A stretch of DNA of 64,000 nt from Actinomycetes bacterium. Lineage in GTDB: Bacteria > Actinomycetota > Actinomycetes > JAKEEW01. The DNA lies in contig DASYTV010000295.1 of NCBI GenBank assembly GCA_036001885.1, positions 3,982 through 67,981 of the forward strand. The letters run 5' to 3'. Made by a program: the position numbers and the translations under genes. The notes under the pieces are model-generated. The model was given only the letters and a program-made list of their open reading frames with translations, was not told the origin of the DNA and made no database searches. Shown here one piece after another: positions 38,587 to 49,038 of the stretch (positions are counted from its first letter, which is position 1; each line of letters opens with the position of its first letter).

Positions 38587-38621
38587 GGCATGGCCTCCGG
38601 AGCGGCGCTGAGCGGAAGTAG

Positions 38622-38649
38622 ATTAATACTATAACTGATTAGATAGAAT
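38622..38649. promoter_or_regulatory. AT-rich operator-like site ATTAATACTATAACTGATTAGATAGAAT between the divergent ACAD and GntR-family regulator genes
   Basis: Contains AACTGATTA and partial dyad symmetry (TAATAC..CTGATTA). Confidence 0.4.
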
Positions 38650-38691
38650 CCACCAATTCCTGTAGGATGGCGGTGTGCCACGTTCACACCC

Positions 38692-39468
38692 GTGGCCAGA
38701 AGCGACCGGGACGGGACTATGACGATCGAGCAGACCTCTCTGGTACGGGTTCCCAAAGCGGGGGAGCTCGTCGCGGCTGAGCTTCGGCGCCAGATCATCA
38801 CCGGGAAGCTCAAGCCAGGGGAGCCACTGCCGACGGAGTCCGTGCTCATGGAGCGCTTCGGAGTGTCGAGACCCACGCTTCGAGAGGCGTTTCGTATTCT
38901 CGAGTCGGAGTCCATTATCAAGGTGCTCCGCGGCGCGCGTGGCGGCGCGAGGGTGATGGCTCCCGACGGTTCCGTGGCGGCCCGCTACACCGGGTTGCTG
39001 CTGCAGTACAAGGGTGTTCAGCTGGCGGACGTCTATCGTGCCCGCACGGCGATCGAGGTGTCCGCGGTGGGCGACCTGGCAGCCGCGCCGGCCAAGACCA
39101 TCGCCGCGCTCGATGACCTCGTGGAGCGGGGAGGGCAGCTCCTCGACGACGCCTTCGGGTTTGCCCGCCATGACACCGCGGTGCATCAGGCGGTGGTGGA
39201 TCTCGCGGGCAACGAAACGCTCTCCGTGCTCGCCTCGATGCTCCTGCACATCATGGACGCGCACAACCTGCACTTCATGTCCGTGCACGGCGCGGAGCAT
39301 GAGCGGCAAGCAGATCGACTGGCCTTCAGGGCACATCGAAAGCTGGTCACCCTGCTGCGGTCGGGTGACGCGGCCGCCGCCCAGGCGTTCTGGCGCAGGC
39401 ACCTCAACAACGTCGAGAAGTACATGGTGGGCGACTCGGACACCACTCTCGTCGAAGTCCTCTCCTGA
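38692..39468 (+). CDS. GntR-family transcriptional regulator, FadR/FCD subfamily
   Basis: N-terminal wHTH ..LMERFGVSRPTLREAFRILESE.. plus an all-helical FCD-type C-domain. GTG start. Confidence 0.85.
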   Translation: MARSDRDGTMTIEQTSLVRVPKAGELVAAELRRQIITGKLKPGEPLPTESVLMERFGVSRPTLREAFRILESESIIKVLRGARGGARVMAPDGSVAARYTGLLLQYKGVQLADVYRARTAIEVSAVGDLAAAPAKTIAALDDLVERGGQLLDDAFGFARHDTAVHQAVVDLAGNETLSVLASMLLHIMDAHNLHFMSVHGAEHERQADRLAFRAHRKLVTLLRSGDAAAAQAFWRRHLNNVEKYMVGDSDTTLVEVLS

Positions 39469-39470
39469 CC

Positions 39471-40706
39471 TCACACGACGCCCGTCTGCTCGAGATATCG
39501 GATCTCTTCTGGTGTCCGGCCCAGTACCTCCCGGAGAATCTCGTGGGTGTGCTGTCCCAACGTCGGAGGGCTACCGTACGCCATGATGGGTGTCTCCGAC
39601 ATGCGGACGGGGTTCCGCAGTAGGTCGACCTTGCCCGAGACGGGGTGATCGACCGTCACGCGCACCCCGCGATGACGGACTTGAGGGTTTGCGAACACCT
39701 CGTCGACGTCATTGACCGGGCTGACGGGGACGTCCGCGGACTCGAGCGCTGCGAGCCACTCGCTGGCAGGCCTGGCGCGGAACGCGTCGCGCAGGGTCCG
39801 CAGCACGAGGTCGCGGTTGGCGATGCGGGATGAGACGGTGGCGAACCGGTCGTCGTCGGCGAGCTCCGGGCGCCCGATGACCTTGGCCACTCCGGCCCAC
39901 TGCCGTGGTGTGCTGGCCACGAGGAAGACCTCCTTGCCGTCGGCGCAGGCGAAGGTCTGCGAAGGGATGCCGCCGAAGCCTCCGTTGCCGCGTCGCGGTG
40001 CCGCCATACCGGAGATCAGGTAGTTCTGCGCGTAGTGGGACAGCGCGGCCACGCCGCAGTCGAGCAGCGAGATGTCGATGTGCTGGCCGGAGCCGCCGGC
40101 CACCTCCCGGTGACGCAGCGCCGCCAGGATGGCGTTGCTGGCGTACAGGCCGGTGAGGATGTCGATCATCGAGATGCCGACCTTCATGGGGCCGGCACCC
40201 GGCTCGCCGTCGGGGTGGCCCGATACGCTCATCAGCCCACTCATGGCCTGGAATACTCCGTCGTACCCGGGCCGGTCGGCGTAGGGCCCGTCCTGGCCGT
40301 ACCCGGTGACCGAGCAGTAGATGAGATCAGGGTTCAGTGCGTGCAGCGTCTCGTAGTCGAGGCCGTACCTCTTGAGCACGCCACCCCGGAAGTTCTCGAG
40401 GAGTACGTCGGAACGCCGGGCAAGCCCGCGGATAAGGTCGCCGCCGGCGGGTGTGGAGTGGTCGATCGTGATGGATCTCTTGTTCCGGTTGCAGCTGAGG
40501 TAGAAGCCGGCGTCGTTGGTCGGACTGCCGTCGGAGTCGTGCAGGAACGGTGGTCCGTAGCTGCGCGAGTCGTCTCCGGTGCCGGGTCTTTCCACCTTGA
40601 TGACGTCGGCGCCGAGATCCCCAAGCAGCTGGGCGGTCAGCGGCGCGGCGAGGATCCGACTCAGGTCGAGCACCCGCATACCCGACAGCGGTGACTGGCG
40701 CCCCAT
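39471..40706 (-). CDS. Family III CoA-transferase (CaiB/BaiF; alpha-methylacyl-CoA-racemase-like)
   Basis: ..GMRVLDLSRILAAPLTAQLLGDLGADVIKVERP.. is the family N-terminus. The ATG overlaps the stop of the upstream ACAD. Confidence 0.85.
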   Translation of the reverse strand: MGRQSPLSGMRVLDLSRILAAPLTAQLLGDLGADVIKVERPGTGDDSRSYGPPFLHDSDGSPTNDAGFYLSCNRNKRSITIDHSTPAGGDLIRGLARRSDVLLENFRGGVLKRYGLDYETLHALNPDLIYCSVTGYGQDGPYADRPGYDGVFQAMSGLMSVSGHPDGEPGAGPMKVGISMIDILTGLYASNAILAALRHREVAGGSGQHIDISLLDCGVAALSHYAQNYLISGMAAPRRGNGGFGGIPSQTFACADGKEVFLVASTPRQWAGVAKVIGRPELADDDRFATVSSRIANRDLVLRTLRDAFRARPASEWLAALESADVPVSPVNDVDEVFANPQVRHRGVRVTVDHPVSGKVDLLRNPVRMSETPIMAYGSPPTLGQHTHEILREVLGRTPEEIRYLEQTGVV

Positions 40707-41932
40707 CACGATGTCATCCCTTTCGTCACGGGCTTGGCCTCGCGAGGCAGTCGCAGCACCCGCTCGCTGATGATGTTCTTCTGGATCTCGCTGGTCCCCG
40801 CGTAGATCGTCTCGGCACGGGCGCGGACGAACGCCCGACGCAGCGACTCGCACGTGCGATCCGGGCCGGAGCCCCATTCGGTGCCGAGCCAGCCGTCGCT
40901 GGCGAGCACATCCATGGCCAGTTCGGTGAACTCCTGGTGCCATCTGGACCAGTAGTACTTCCCGATCGACGCCTCCGGCCCGAACTGCCCGTTCTTCAGA
41001 GCTGTGCTGAGCGTGCGGAGATTGTTGTAGCCCATGATCTCGAGCCCGATCATCGAGTCCACCAGGCGGTCCCGAATGACGGGGTCGGCGGTGGCTCGTC
41101 GCCGTCGTGCGATGTCCTGCAGCGCCGCCATCTCGCGTCGCAGGGAGAACTGGTAGGTCAGGATCGACGTGGCGCGCTCATGTCCCAACGTCGTCATCGC
41201 GGCGCGCCATCCTTCACCGGGCGCGCCGATCACGTTGTCCGTGGTCGTCCGAGCGCCGTCGAAGAAGACCTCGTTGAACCCGCTGTCGCCCAGCATCGTG
41301 CGGATCGGCGCGACGTGGACGGCGGGTTGGTCGAGTGGAACCAGCATGTAGGAGAGCCCTGCGTGCCGGCTGGAACCCGGCTCGGTCCGAACGATCGCGA
41401 ACATCCAGTCGGCGTGATGCGCGAACGTTGTCCACGTCTTCTGGCCGTCGATCACCCAGTTCTGGCCGTCGAGGTGTGCTCTGGTGGAGATGTCTGCCAG
41501 GTCGGAACCCGCCCCTGGTTCCGAGTATCCCTGGCACCACACCACCTCACCTCGGGCCATCGGCGGCAGCAGGCGCGCCTTCTGTTCCTCGGTGCCGTGA
41601 TGGAGCGCCGTCGGGGCCATCAGCGTCTCGCCATGGAACCCCGCGCGAGGAGGAGCGCCCGCGCCGGCGTACTCCATGGCGAACAGGATCTCCTGGGTCA
41701 GCGTCGCCTCGCGCCCCCCGAAGCGCTTCGGCCACGACAGCCCCAGCCAGTTGCCGTCGCCGAGCTTGCGCTCCCACCCGCGGCGAAGCGCCCAGTTGTC
41801 GTCGTCGTCAGGGCCGCCTCGATCGGACTGACCGACGAACTCGCCCACGAGGTTCTCGTCGAGCCAGGTGCGCAGCTCCTCGACGAAGTCTCGGTCCGCC
41901 GGGTCCATCGGTAAGGCCACGCCGTGGTCCAT
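40706..41932 (-). CDS. Acyl-CoA dehydrogenase
   Basis: ..GYSEPGAGSDLADISTRA..WVIDGQKTWTT.. and C-terminal ..YAGTSEIQ... Confidence 0.85.
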   Translation of the reverse strand: MDHGVALPMDPADRDFVEELRTWLDENLVGEFVGQSDRGGPDDDDNWALRRGWERKLGDGNWLGLSWPKRFGGREATLTQEILFAMEYAGAGAPPRAGFHGETLMAPTALHHGTEEQKARLLPPMARGEVVWCQGYSEPGAGSDLADISTRAHLDGQNWVIDGQKTWTTFAHHADWMFAIVRTEPGSSRHAGLSYMLVPLDQPAVHVAPIRTMLGDSGFNEVFFDGARTTTDNVIGAPGEGWRAAMTTLGHERATSILTYQFSLRREMAALQDIARRRRATADPVIRDRLVDSMIGLEIMGYNNLRTLSTALKNGQFGPEASIGKYYWSRWHQEFTELAMDVLASDGWLGTEWGSGPDRTCESLRRAFVRARAETIYAGTSEIQKNIISERVLRLPREAKPVTKGMTS

Positions 41933-41990
41933 TCCTCGTCCTCTCTCGCGATGTGGCCACCACGTTGGCAGCCACCCCTTGGATGTAGTA

Positions 41991-42010
41991 CAAATAATAT
42001 ACTGATTCGC
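41991..42010. promoter_or_regulatory. AT-rich site CAAATAATATACTGATTCGC in the ACAD/ECH divergent region
   Basis: Contains the recurrent ACTGATTC. Confidence 0.4.
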
Positions 42011-42031
42011 GGTCATGGAGGGGAGGGCGGG

Positions 42032-42823
42032 ATGTCGGATCTCGAATGGACCGTCGAGGGCTCGATAGCCACCATCAGGCTCAACCGCCCCGAGCGGCGC
42101 AACGCCTTCACCTTCGAGATGGTGCGTGAGTGGGCCGCCCTGTTGCGCGACGCGAGGACCGACGACTCCGTCCGGGTGGTCGTCCTGACCGGGACGGGGG
42201 ACCGGGCATTCTGCTCCGGGATCGACCTCGGGAGCATCTCCAACGCGAACCCGACGCTCACCCCGCTGCAGCGAAAGTCACACCTGCACGACGAGATCCA
42301 CCAGGTGGCGCTCGCCCTCGAGGCGTTGGACAAGCCGGTGATCGCCTCGATCAACGGAGCCGCTGTGGGGGCGGGGCTGGATATGGCGCTGATGTGTGAC
42401 ATGCGGATCGCGGCCAGGTCGGCGAAGCTCTCCGAGGGTTACATCAAGGTCGGGCTCACGCCGGGCGACGGCGGCGCCTACTACCTTCCCCGGCTCGTGG
42501 GTACGGCGAAGGCTCTCGAACTCCTGCTGACCGGAGACTTCATATCGGCCGACGAGGCGCACCGGATCGGCATGGTGAACCGCGTGGTCGACGATGGCGA
42601 CCTCGGCCCGGCGACCAGGGCACTTGCAGAGCAGATCGCCGCGGCGCCCCCGGTGACCGTCCGCATGATCAAGCGGGCGACCTACCAGTCGGCGAACGCG
42701 GACCTGCGGACTTCCCTCGACCTGATCTCCTCTCACTTCGCTGTTGTCGCGGCCACCGACGACGCAGCTGAGGCCCTGTCAGCCATGCAGGAGAAGCGCG
42801 TGCCGAGATTCCACGGCAGATAA
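42032..42823 (+). CDS. Enoyl-CoA hydratase/isomerase
   Basis: ..VVVLTGTGDRAFCSGIDL... Confidence 0.85.
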   Translation: MSDLEWTVEGSIATIRLNRPERRNAFTFEMVREWAALLRDARTDDSVRVVVLTGTGDRAFCSGIDLGSISNANPTLTPLQRKSHLHDEIHQVALALEALDKPVIASINGAAVGAGLDMALMCDMRIAARSAKLSEGYIKVGLTPGDGGAYYLPRLVGTAKALELLLTGDFISADEAHRIGMVNRVVDDGDLGPATRALAEQIAAAPPVTVRMIKRATYQSANADLRTSLDLISSHFAVVAATDDAAEALSAMQEKRVPRFHGR

Positions 42824-42850
42824 GCCCCCGACCACCGAGTAAGGATCGAC

Positions 42851-43768
42851 ATGACCACGTCAACTGAAGCCACCACAGCGCACCCGCACGGGCGCGCCAC
42901 CGAGCCCCGGGTGTTCGACTCGTGGATCAACATCCCCTACCTGCCCGGCGAGGTGACGCCGGACCCCTCGGTGGTCAAGCGGTTCAAGCGGGGCAACAGT
43001 GCCTACGAGGGTGGGCAGACCGTGGACGACGTCATCGCGGAGATGGATCGGCTGGCCATCTCCGGCGGCGTGCTCACGAAGGTGCCCCGGGACATCACAC
43101 CGCCGTACGTGCATGGCATCCGCACCGGGGAAGCCGTGCTTCGCGAGACGTGTGAGCGCTTGGCGTCCATCCAGGCGCAGTACCCGGGACGCTTCGTCAC
43201 CTCGGTCGGCGTCGACCCGAGACTGGGCTACGACGCAGCCACGCACGTCCGCATCGCCGTGCGCGAGTACGGCGTCAAGTGCATCCGGATCGTCCCGATG
43301 TTCACCGGGATCGCCATCGACGACAAACTGGCATACCCGCTCTACACCGCCGCCTGCGACGAAGGTGCGGTCGTGTCGATCAACGTGGGCGTGCCGGGGC
43401 CGATGAAGCCCGCCAAGCTCCAGCGAACCATCCTGGTCGACGACGTTGCCCTCGCGTTCCCTGACCTCAAGATCGTCATGTCTCACCTGGGTGACCCCTG
43501 GATCAGCGAGACCGTCGCCATGCTCGTCAAGCATCCGAATGTCTTCGCCATGACCGCGGGCTGGGCGCCGAAGTACGTGCCCGAGGCGATATTCGAGGTC
43601 CTGCGCCGCCGCAACAAGACCAAGATCATGTGGTCGTCCGACTATCCGATCCTGCCGTTCGACCGGACGATCACCGAGGGTCGAGCGATCGAGCTGCCCG
43701 AGGACTCGCGGGCCAACTTCCTCGGGTCGAACGCTCTCGCGGTCTTCGGCGAGCCTCCGGCCGCCTGA
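42851..43768 (+). CDS. Amidohydrolase_2 family metal-dependent hydrolase/decarboxylase (TIM barrel)
   Basis: ..IRIVPMF.., ..KIVMSHLGDPW.., ..MWSSDYP.. are metal-ligand motifs of the family. Confidence 0.75.
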   Translation: MTTSTEATTAHPHGRATEPRVFDSWINIPYLPGEVTPDPSVVKRFKRGNSAYEGGQTVDDVIAEMDRLAISGGVLTKVPRDITPPYVHGIRTGEAVLRETCERLASIQAQYPGRFVTSVGVDPRLGYDAATHVRIAVREYGVKCIRIVPMFTGIAIDDKLAYPLYTAACDEGAVVSINVGVPGPMKPAKLQRTILVDDVALAFPDLKIVMSHLGDPWISETVAMLVKHPNVFAMTAGWAPKYVPEAIFEVLRRRNKTKIMWSSDYPILPFDRTITEGRAIELPEDSRANFLGSNALAVFGEPPAA

Positions 43769-43817
43769 CCAGGTCCGCCGAGGAAAGAGCCGACGAAAGA
43801 CTGGACAGGAGACAGAC

Positions 43818-44714
43818 ATGGGACTTCATGACGGACGCGTAGCCATCGTCACCGGGGCCGCACGCGGCATCGGTCGCGAGCACGCGCTCGAGTTCGCGCG
43901 GCAGGGGGCGAGCGTCGTTGTCAATGACGTCGCGCCGGTCGACGACGTGCTGGCCGACATCAAGGAGCTGGGCGGTCAGGCAGTCGGGAACACCGACGAC
44001 GTCTCCGACTGGGACGGAGCCGGCCGCCTCGTGGAGACGGCTCTCGACACGTTCGGCGAGCTGCACGTGCTGGTCAACAACGCCGGAATCCTGCGCGACA
44101 AGATGTTTGTCAACATGGACGTCCAGATGTGGGACGACGTGATGCGGGTGCACCTGCGAGGTACCTTCTGCCCGACCCGGCACGCAGTGGACTACTGGAG
44201 GTCTCGACACAAGGCGGGTACGCCGGTGGTCCACCCGCGAGTCATCAACACGTCCTCGCCCTCGGGTCTGTACGGCAACGTGGGCCAGACGAACTACGGT
44301 GCCGCCAAGGCCGCCCTGGCGGGCTTCACGGTGATCCTCGCGGACGAGCTCGCTCGCCTGGGGATCACCGTCAACGCGATCGCGCCCAGCGCGCTCACCC
44401 AGATGACCGAGAGCCTCGACCAGTACGTGAGGAAGATGGCCGAGATCAAGCAGCGCACCGGCTTCGACGCGGGCTCGCCGGCAAACATCTCACCCATTGT
44501 CGTGTGGCTCGCGTCCCCGCAGGCCGCGGACATCAACGGTCGGGTGTTCAACGTCAAGGCCGGCCGGATCAGCGTGGCCGAGACATGGGTTGCCGGACCG
44601 GCCGTGGAGAAGGAAGCGCGCTGGGACCCCGCCGAGCTCGGTGAGGTCGTTCCGGGTCTCGTGGCCACGGCCCGGCCGAACTCCGACAGTACCGGTCATC
44701 CGCGGAGCCGATGA
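43818..44714 (+). CDS. SDR family oxidoreductase
   Basis: VAIVTGAARGIGRE, NNAG, YGAAKAA. Confidence 0.85.
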   Translation: MGLHDGRVAIVTGAARGIGREHALEFARQGASVVVNDVAPVDDVLADIKELGGQAVGNTDDVSDWDGAGRLVETALDTFGELHVLVNNAGILRDKMFVNMDVQMWDDVMRVHLRGTFCPTRHAVDYWRSRHKAGTPVVHPRVINTSSPSGLYGNVGQTNYGAAKAALAGFTVILADELARLGITVNAIAPSALTQMTESLDQYVRKMAEIKQRTGFDAGSPANISPIVVWLASPQAADINGRVFNVKAGRISVAETWVAGPAVEKEARWDPAELGEVVPGLVATARPNSDSTGHPRSR

Positions 44715-45559
44715 TGGGTGCAGTCGACGGGATCAGTGTGGAACGCGATGGCCACGTCGCCACGGTTTGGCTTGACCGGCCCGAGCGAGGCAACGGCTTC
44801 GTCTCCGCTATGCAGATCGAGCTGCACCGGCAGCTCGCCGCCTTGGACGCCGAAAGCGACGTGCGCGCCATTGTCGTCACCGGCCGCGGGCGGTTCTTCT
44901 CCACCGGCGCGGACCTGGAACCCGGTGGGGCGAACTTCGCGTTCGACGCCGAGCAGACCGCACGGGCGCGCACGATGATGGCCGAGCGTCCACGCCCGTG
45001 GACGATGCGCACGCCGATCATCGCGGCGATGAACGGATCGGCCGTCGGACTCGGGCTTACCTTCCCGTTGCAGTGGGACATCCGGATCGTCAACGAGTCG
45101 GCGAAGTACGGCTTCGTCTTCACTCGACGTGGACTCATTCCGGAGCAGAACTCCCTCTGGCTGCTGCCCAGGCTCGTCGGCCTGTCGGTGGCGCTCGAAC
45201 TGCTGCTGACCGGACGGCTGTTCAGTGGGGCCGAGGCGAAGGAACTGGGCATCGCCAGCCGCGCCGTACCCGCCGACGACGTTCTCCCCGCCGCGTTGCG
45301 GCTCGCGCAGGAGATCGCCACCCAGGCCGCCCCGTCCGCGGTCGGGCTGACCAAGCAGCTTGCCTACCAGATGCTCGGCGAGACGGACCGGGAAGCAGCG
45401 TTCCATCGCGAGTGGGAGCTGTTCCGGTGGATGGGCCGGCAACCGGACTCGGCCGAGGGAGTGGCGTCGTTCGTCGAGAAACGTGCCCCGAAGTTCCCTT
45501 CTGCCAAGGACCTTCGCGAGCCGTCGACCGGAAGACTGTGGGAGGCGCTCGATGCGTGA
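44711..45559 (+). CDS. Enoyl-CoA hydratase/isomerase
   Basis: ..AIVVTGRGRFFSTGADL... Confidence 0.85.
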   Translation: MMGAVDGISVERDGHVATVWLDRPERGNGFVSAMQIELHRQLAALDAESDVRAIVVTGRGRFFSTGADLEPGGANFAFDAEQTARARTMMAERPRPWTMRTPIIAAMNGSAVGLGLTFPLQWDIRIVNESAKYGFVFTRRGLIPEQNSLWLLPRLVGLSVALELLLTGRLFSGAEAKELGIASRAVPADDVLPAALRLAQEIATQAAPSAVGLTKQLAYQMLGETDREAAFHREWELFRWMGRQPDSAEGVASFVEKRAPKFPSAKDLREPSTGRLWEALDA

Positions 45560-46358
45560 GGCGGCCTCGGCTGCGGCGACGGTGCTCTATGACGTCGACG
45601 ACCACGGCGTTCTGGTGCTGACGTTGCATCGACCGGACCGGCGGAACATGTGGACCTTGGCCATGGAGGAGGAGTTCTACTCGTGCCTCGACCGGGCCAC
45701 GAGTGACGACCGGGTCCGCGTGATCGTGGTCACCGGGGCAGGCCAGACGTTCTGCGCCGGGTTGGATCCCGATGTCCTGGACAGCATCCGGGCCGGGAGA
45801 AGATACACGACCAACCGGCGGCCGCAGACCTACCCGACAACGGTCCCGAAGCCGATCATCGGCGCCATCAACGGCGCCTGCGCGGGGATCGGCCTGGTGC
45901 AGGCGCTCTGCTTCGACTACCGGTTCGCCGCACGGGGCGCGAAGTTCACGACCGCGTTCGCCAAGCGGGGCCTCCCGGCCGAGGATGCCTCGGCGTGGAT
46001 CCTTGCCCGGCTCGCCGGGCCCGCGCACGCCATGGATCTCCTCGCCTCCGGCAGGGTCTTCCTGGCGGAGGAGGCCCAGCGGCTCGGCGTGGTGCAGAGA
46101 CTGAGCGCGCCGGGGTCGGTGCTCGACGACGCGGTCGCGTACGCGCGGGACATGGCAGCCACGGTGTCCCCGGTCGCGATGGCGATGATCAAGAGCCAGG
46201 TCTGGCGTGACAGCGAGACTGCCATGGAGCAGGCCCGGGTGCGGGCTCAGTACCTGCTGACGCAGGCGAAGGCGCAGCCTGACTTCCAGGAGGGCGTCAA
46301 GTCCCTCGTCGAGAGACGGCCACCGAAGTTCGAGCCATACCGGCCACTGAACCTCTAG
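45552..46358 (+). CDS. Enoyl-CoA hydratase/isomerase
   Basis: ..VIVVTGAGQTFCAGLD... The start overlaps the previous gene by 8 nt. Confidence 0.85.
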   Translation: MREAASAAATVLYDVDDHGVLVLTLHRPDRRNMWTLAMEEEFYSCLDRATSDDRVRVIVVTGAGQTFCAGLDPDVLDSIRAGRRYTTNRRPQTYPTTVPKPIIGAINGACAGIGLVQALCFDYRFAARGAKFTTAFAKRGLPAEDASAWILARLAGPAHAMDLLASGRVFLAEEAQRLGVVQRLSAPGSVLDDAVAYARDMAATVSPVAMAMIKSQVWRDSETAMEQARVRAQYLLTQAKAQPDFQEGVKSLVERRPPKFEPYRPLNL

Positions 46359-46370
46359 CGGGGAGACGAG

Positions 46371-47546
46371 ATGCACGTCGACATCGCACCCCAGGAATCC
46401 GAGTTCCGCCAAGAGGTGCGGCAGTGGTTCGAAGACCACCTCGTCGGTGACTTCGCCGCTCACCGCGGCGTGGGAAGCCCGACGGATGACACCGCCTGGG
46501 ATGTGCGACTCGCCTGGGAGAAAGAGCTGGCGGCGGGTGGCTGGCTGGGTCTCACCTGGCCCCGGGAGTACGGCGGCCGAGGGGCCACCCTCGCTCAGGA
46601 GGTCGTGTTCGAGTCCGAGTACGCGAGAGCCGCGGCGCCCGCACGGGTGAACTCCCAGGCGTTGGAGCTTCTCGGCCCGATGCTCATCGCGTACGGCACC
46701 GACGAGCAGAAGGCTCGCTTCCTGCCCCGCATCCTGGGCGTCGACGACATCTGGGGACAGGGGTTCAGCGAGCCGGAGGCGGGATCGGACATCGCTGCGG
46801 TCAGGTGCCGGGCCCGGCTCGACGGGGACCAGTGGGTCATCGACGGGCAGAAGGTGTGGACGACCTTCGGCCACCGCGCGGACTGGCTGTACGTCGTGTG
46901 CCGCACCGATCCCAATCCGGCGCTCCGGCACAGAGGGCTGACGATGCTGCTCGTCCCGGTCGACCAGCGTGGAGTCGAGATCAGGCCCGTCGCGAACCTC
47001 GCCGGTTCCGAGGAGTTCAGCGAGTGCTTCTTCACCGGCGCGCGGACCGATGCCGACCTGGTGGTCGGGACGGTGAACGACGGTTGGCGGATCGTCATGG
47101 GGACTCTCGGAACCGAGCGAGGAGCCGCTCTCATCCCGATGCAGCTCGCCGTGGAGCGGGAGGTGCGCGAGGTGGTCGCGAACGCGCAAGCCTCAGGCGC
47201 CGCACGCGACGCCCGGACCCGGCAACGGATCGCGGACGCCTACATAGATGCCCAGCTGATCCGCGCCACCAGCCTGCGGGTTGTCTCGAGCCTCCTGCGG
47301 GGCAGCGACGCCCCGGCCGCGGCGGCGATCGGCAAACTCTTCGCGTCCGTCGCGCATCAACGACTCGGCGAACTGGCCATGGACGTGCTGGGCCCGGAGG
47401 CCCAGGTGATGACGGCGCCGGGCCCGGACGGGCTCAGCTTCGCGCAGCGGATCTTCCTGTTCTCCCGGGCAGAGACGATCTACGGCGGCACCTCCGAGAT
47501 CCAACGCAACATCATCTCCGAACGGGTTCTCGGCCTGCCTCGATAG
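46371..47546 (+). CDS. Acyl-CoA dehydrogenase
   Basis: ..GFSEPEAGSDIAAVRCRA..WVIDGQKVWTT..YGGTSEIQ... Confidence 0.9.
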   Translation: MHVDIAPQESEFRQEVRQWFEDHLVGDFAAHRGVGSPTDDTAWDVRLAWEKELAAGGWLGLTWPREYGGRGATLAQEVVFESEYARAAAPARVNSQALELLGPMLIAYGTDEQKARFLPRILGVDDIWGQGFSEPEAGSDIAAVRCRARLDGDQWVIDGQKVWTTFGHRADWLYVVCRTDPNPALRHRGLTMLLVPVDQRGVEIRPVANLAGSEEFSECFFTGARTDADLVVGTVNDGWRIVMGTLGTERGAALIPMQLAVEREVREVVANAQASGAARDARTRQRIADAYIDAQLIRATSLRVVSSLLRGSDAPAAAAIGKLFASVAHQRLGELAMDVLGPEAQVMTAPGPDGLSFAQRIFLFSRAETIYGGTSEIQRNIISERVLGLPR

Positions 47547-47577
47547 GCAGCGTCGACCCACGAGCAGAGGACCATCT

Positions 47578-48318
47578 GTGAGCAGTCGATCTGCGCTCAT
47601 CACGGGCGCTTCCCGCGGCATCGGCCTTGGCATCGCCACCCGGCTCGCTGAACACGGTTACGGGCTGACCCTTGGTGCCCGCGAGCCCGAGCGCCTCGAG
47701 TCTGTCGCACGGCGACTGCGGAATGCCGGTGCACCCGAGGTCCAGGCGGTGGCCGGCGACATCGCCAATGAGGCGTACCTCGGTGACCTCGTCGCCGCCC
47801 ATGCCGCACGCTTCGACCTGCTCGATGCGTTGATCCTCAACGCCGGCGTCGGCTCCGCCGGACCGCTGGCGGAGTTCCATCCTCGCCGCTTCGACAAACA
47901 GGTCACCGTAAACCTGCGCGCGCCGTTCGTCCTGCTCCAGCAGGCCATGCCGCTTCTACGCCGGGCCGCTGCGGAGCGGCCTGCTCGCGGAGCGAAGGTA
48001 GTCGCGCTCTGCTCGATCACCGGCGTGTACGCAGAGCCGGACCTGGCCGTCTACGGCGCCACCAAGGCCGCACTCACTTCGCTGGTCCGGTCGGTCAACC
48101 GCGAGGAGTCCGGGAACGGAGTCTGCGCGACAGCCATTTCGCCGGCGTACGTCGACACCGACATGGCGGCTTACGTCCACGAGCGGATCCCCGCCGAGAC
48201 GATGCTCGAGGTCGGCGACGTCGTCGCGATCGTCGACGCGTGCCTTCACCTCTCCGCACGGGCCGCCGTTGCCCAGATCGTGATGGCGCGGTCGAGCAGC
48301 AACGGACACCAGGCGTGA
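47578..48318 (+). CDS. SDR family oxidoreductase
   Basis: ALITGASRGIGLGIA, NAGVG, YGATKAA. GTG start. Confidence 0.85.
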   Translation: MSSRSALITGASRGIGLGIATRLAEHGYGLTLGAREPERLESVARRLRNAGAPEVQAVAGDIANEAYLGDLVAAHAARFDLLDALILNAGVGSAGPLAEFHPRRFDKQVTVNLRAPFVLLQQAMPLLRRAAAERPARGAKVVALCSITGVYAEPDLAVYGATKAALTSLVRSVNREESGNGVCATAISPAYVDTDMAAYVHERIPAETMLEVGDVVAIVDACLHLSARAAVAQIVMARSSSNGHQA

Positions 48319-48417
48319 GGACTACGCTTGCTGAGCAAGTCCTCAGCACGTAACGAAGGGATTGCCGCCACCCATGGCCGCCCACCTGACCTGTCCGCCA
48401 TCGTGACAGAGGCGGGC

Positions 48418-49032
48418 ATGGGAGAAACGCGCGCACGGAACCTCACCGAGGCCGAGATCGTCGACGCGGCCCTTCGTGTGATCAAGCAGAGCGGGGTCGA
48501 GGGCCTCACCATGCGCCGACTGTCCACGGAGCTCGGCCGCTCGCACATGGCGATGTACTACCACGTCGGCGACAAGAACGCGCTTCTCGACCTGGTCGCC
48601 TCGGCGGCCCTGAAAGACATCCCGATCCCCGAAGCTGCGAACCGGAGGTGGGACACGCGGTTGCGCGAGCTGATCACCAGCATCGACGAACAGCTGCGCG
48701 CGCATCCGGACATCGGCGAGATCCTTCTCGACCGCATGCTGAGCACAGATCGCCGCATCCTGAACGCGGCGATGGACATCCTGGTGGATGCCGGGTTCGA
48801 CGACGCGGACGTCCTGATGGCCTACGCCACCGTGCACACCTACCTCTTCGGCCGCTACAAGCTCGTGTCCACTCCGCCCACACCGGTCGAGCTGGACGAG
48901 CAGGACACGGTGGCGAGGTTGGTGTCTCAGCTCCCGGCCCTGAGCGGTCGCGACTTCTTCAACTTCGGCGTGGAGACGCTGATCGCCGGACTACGCGATC
49001 GTCTCGATCGCCGGGGAGAGCGGCGCGGCTAG
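48418..49032 (+). CDS. TetR/AcrR-family transcriptional regulator
   Basis: ..AALRVIKQSGVEGLTMRRLSTELGRSHMAMYYHV.. is the TetR HTH. Start taken at the internal Met; the ORF opens at 48328. Confidence 0.8.
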   Translation: MGETRARNLTEAEIVDAALRVIKQSGVEGLTMRRLSTELGRSHMAMYYHVGDKNALLDLVASAALKDIPIPEAANRRWDTRLRELITSIDEQLRAHPDIGEILLDRMLSTDRRILNAAMDILVDAGFDDADVLMAYATVHTYLFGRYKLVSTPPTPVELDEQDTVARLVSQLPALSGRDFFNFGVETLIAGLRDRLDRRGERRG

Positions 49033-49038
49033 CCAGGC

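Noticed and set aside
45222-47189. 655-aa minus-strand ORF
   Set aside because: Antisense to an enoyl-CoA hydratase and an ACAD, which have strong family motifs on the plus strand.
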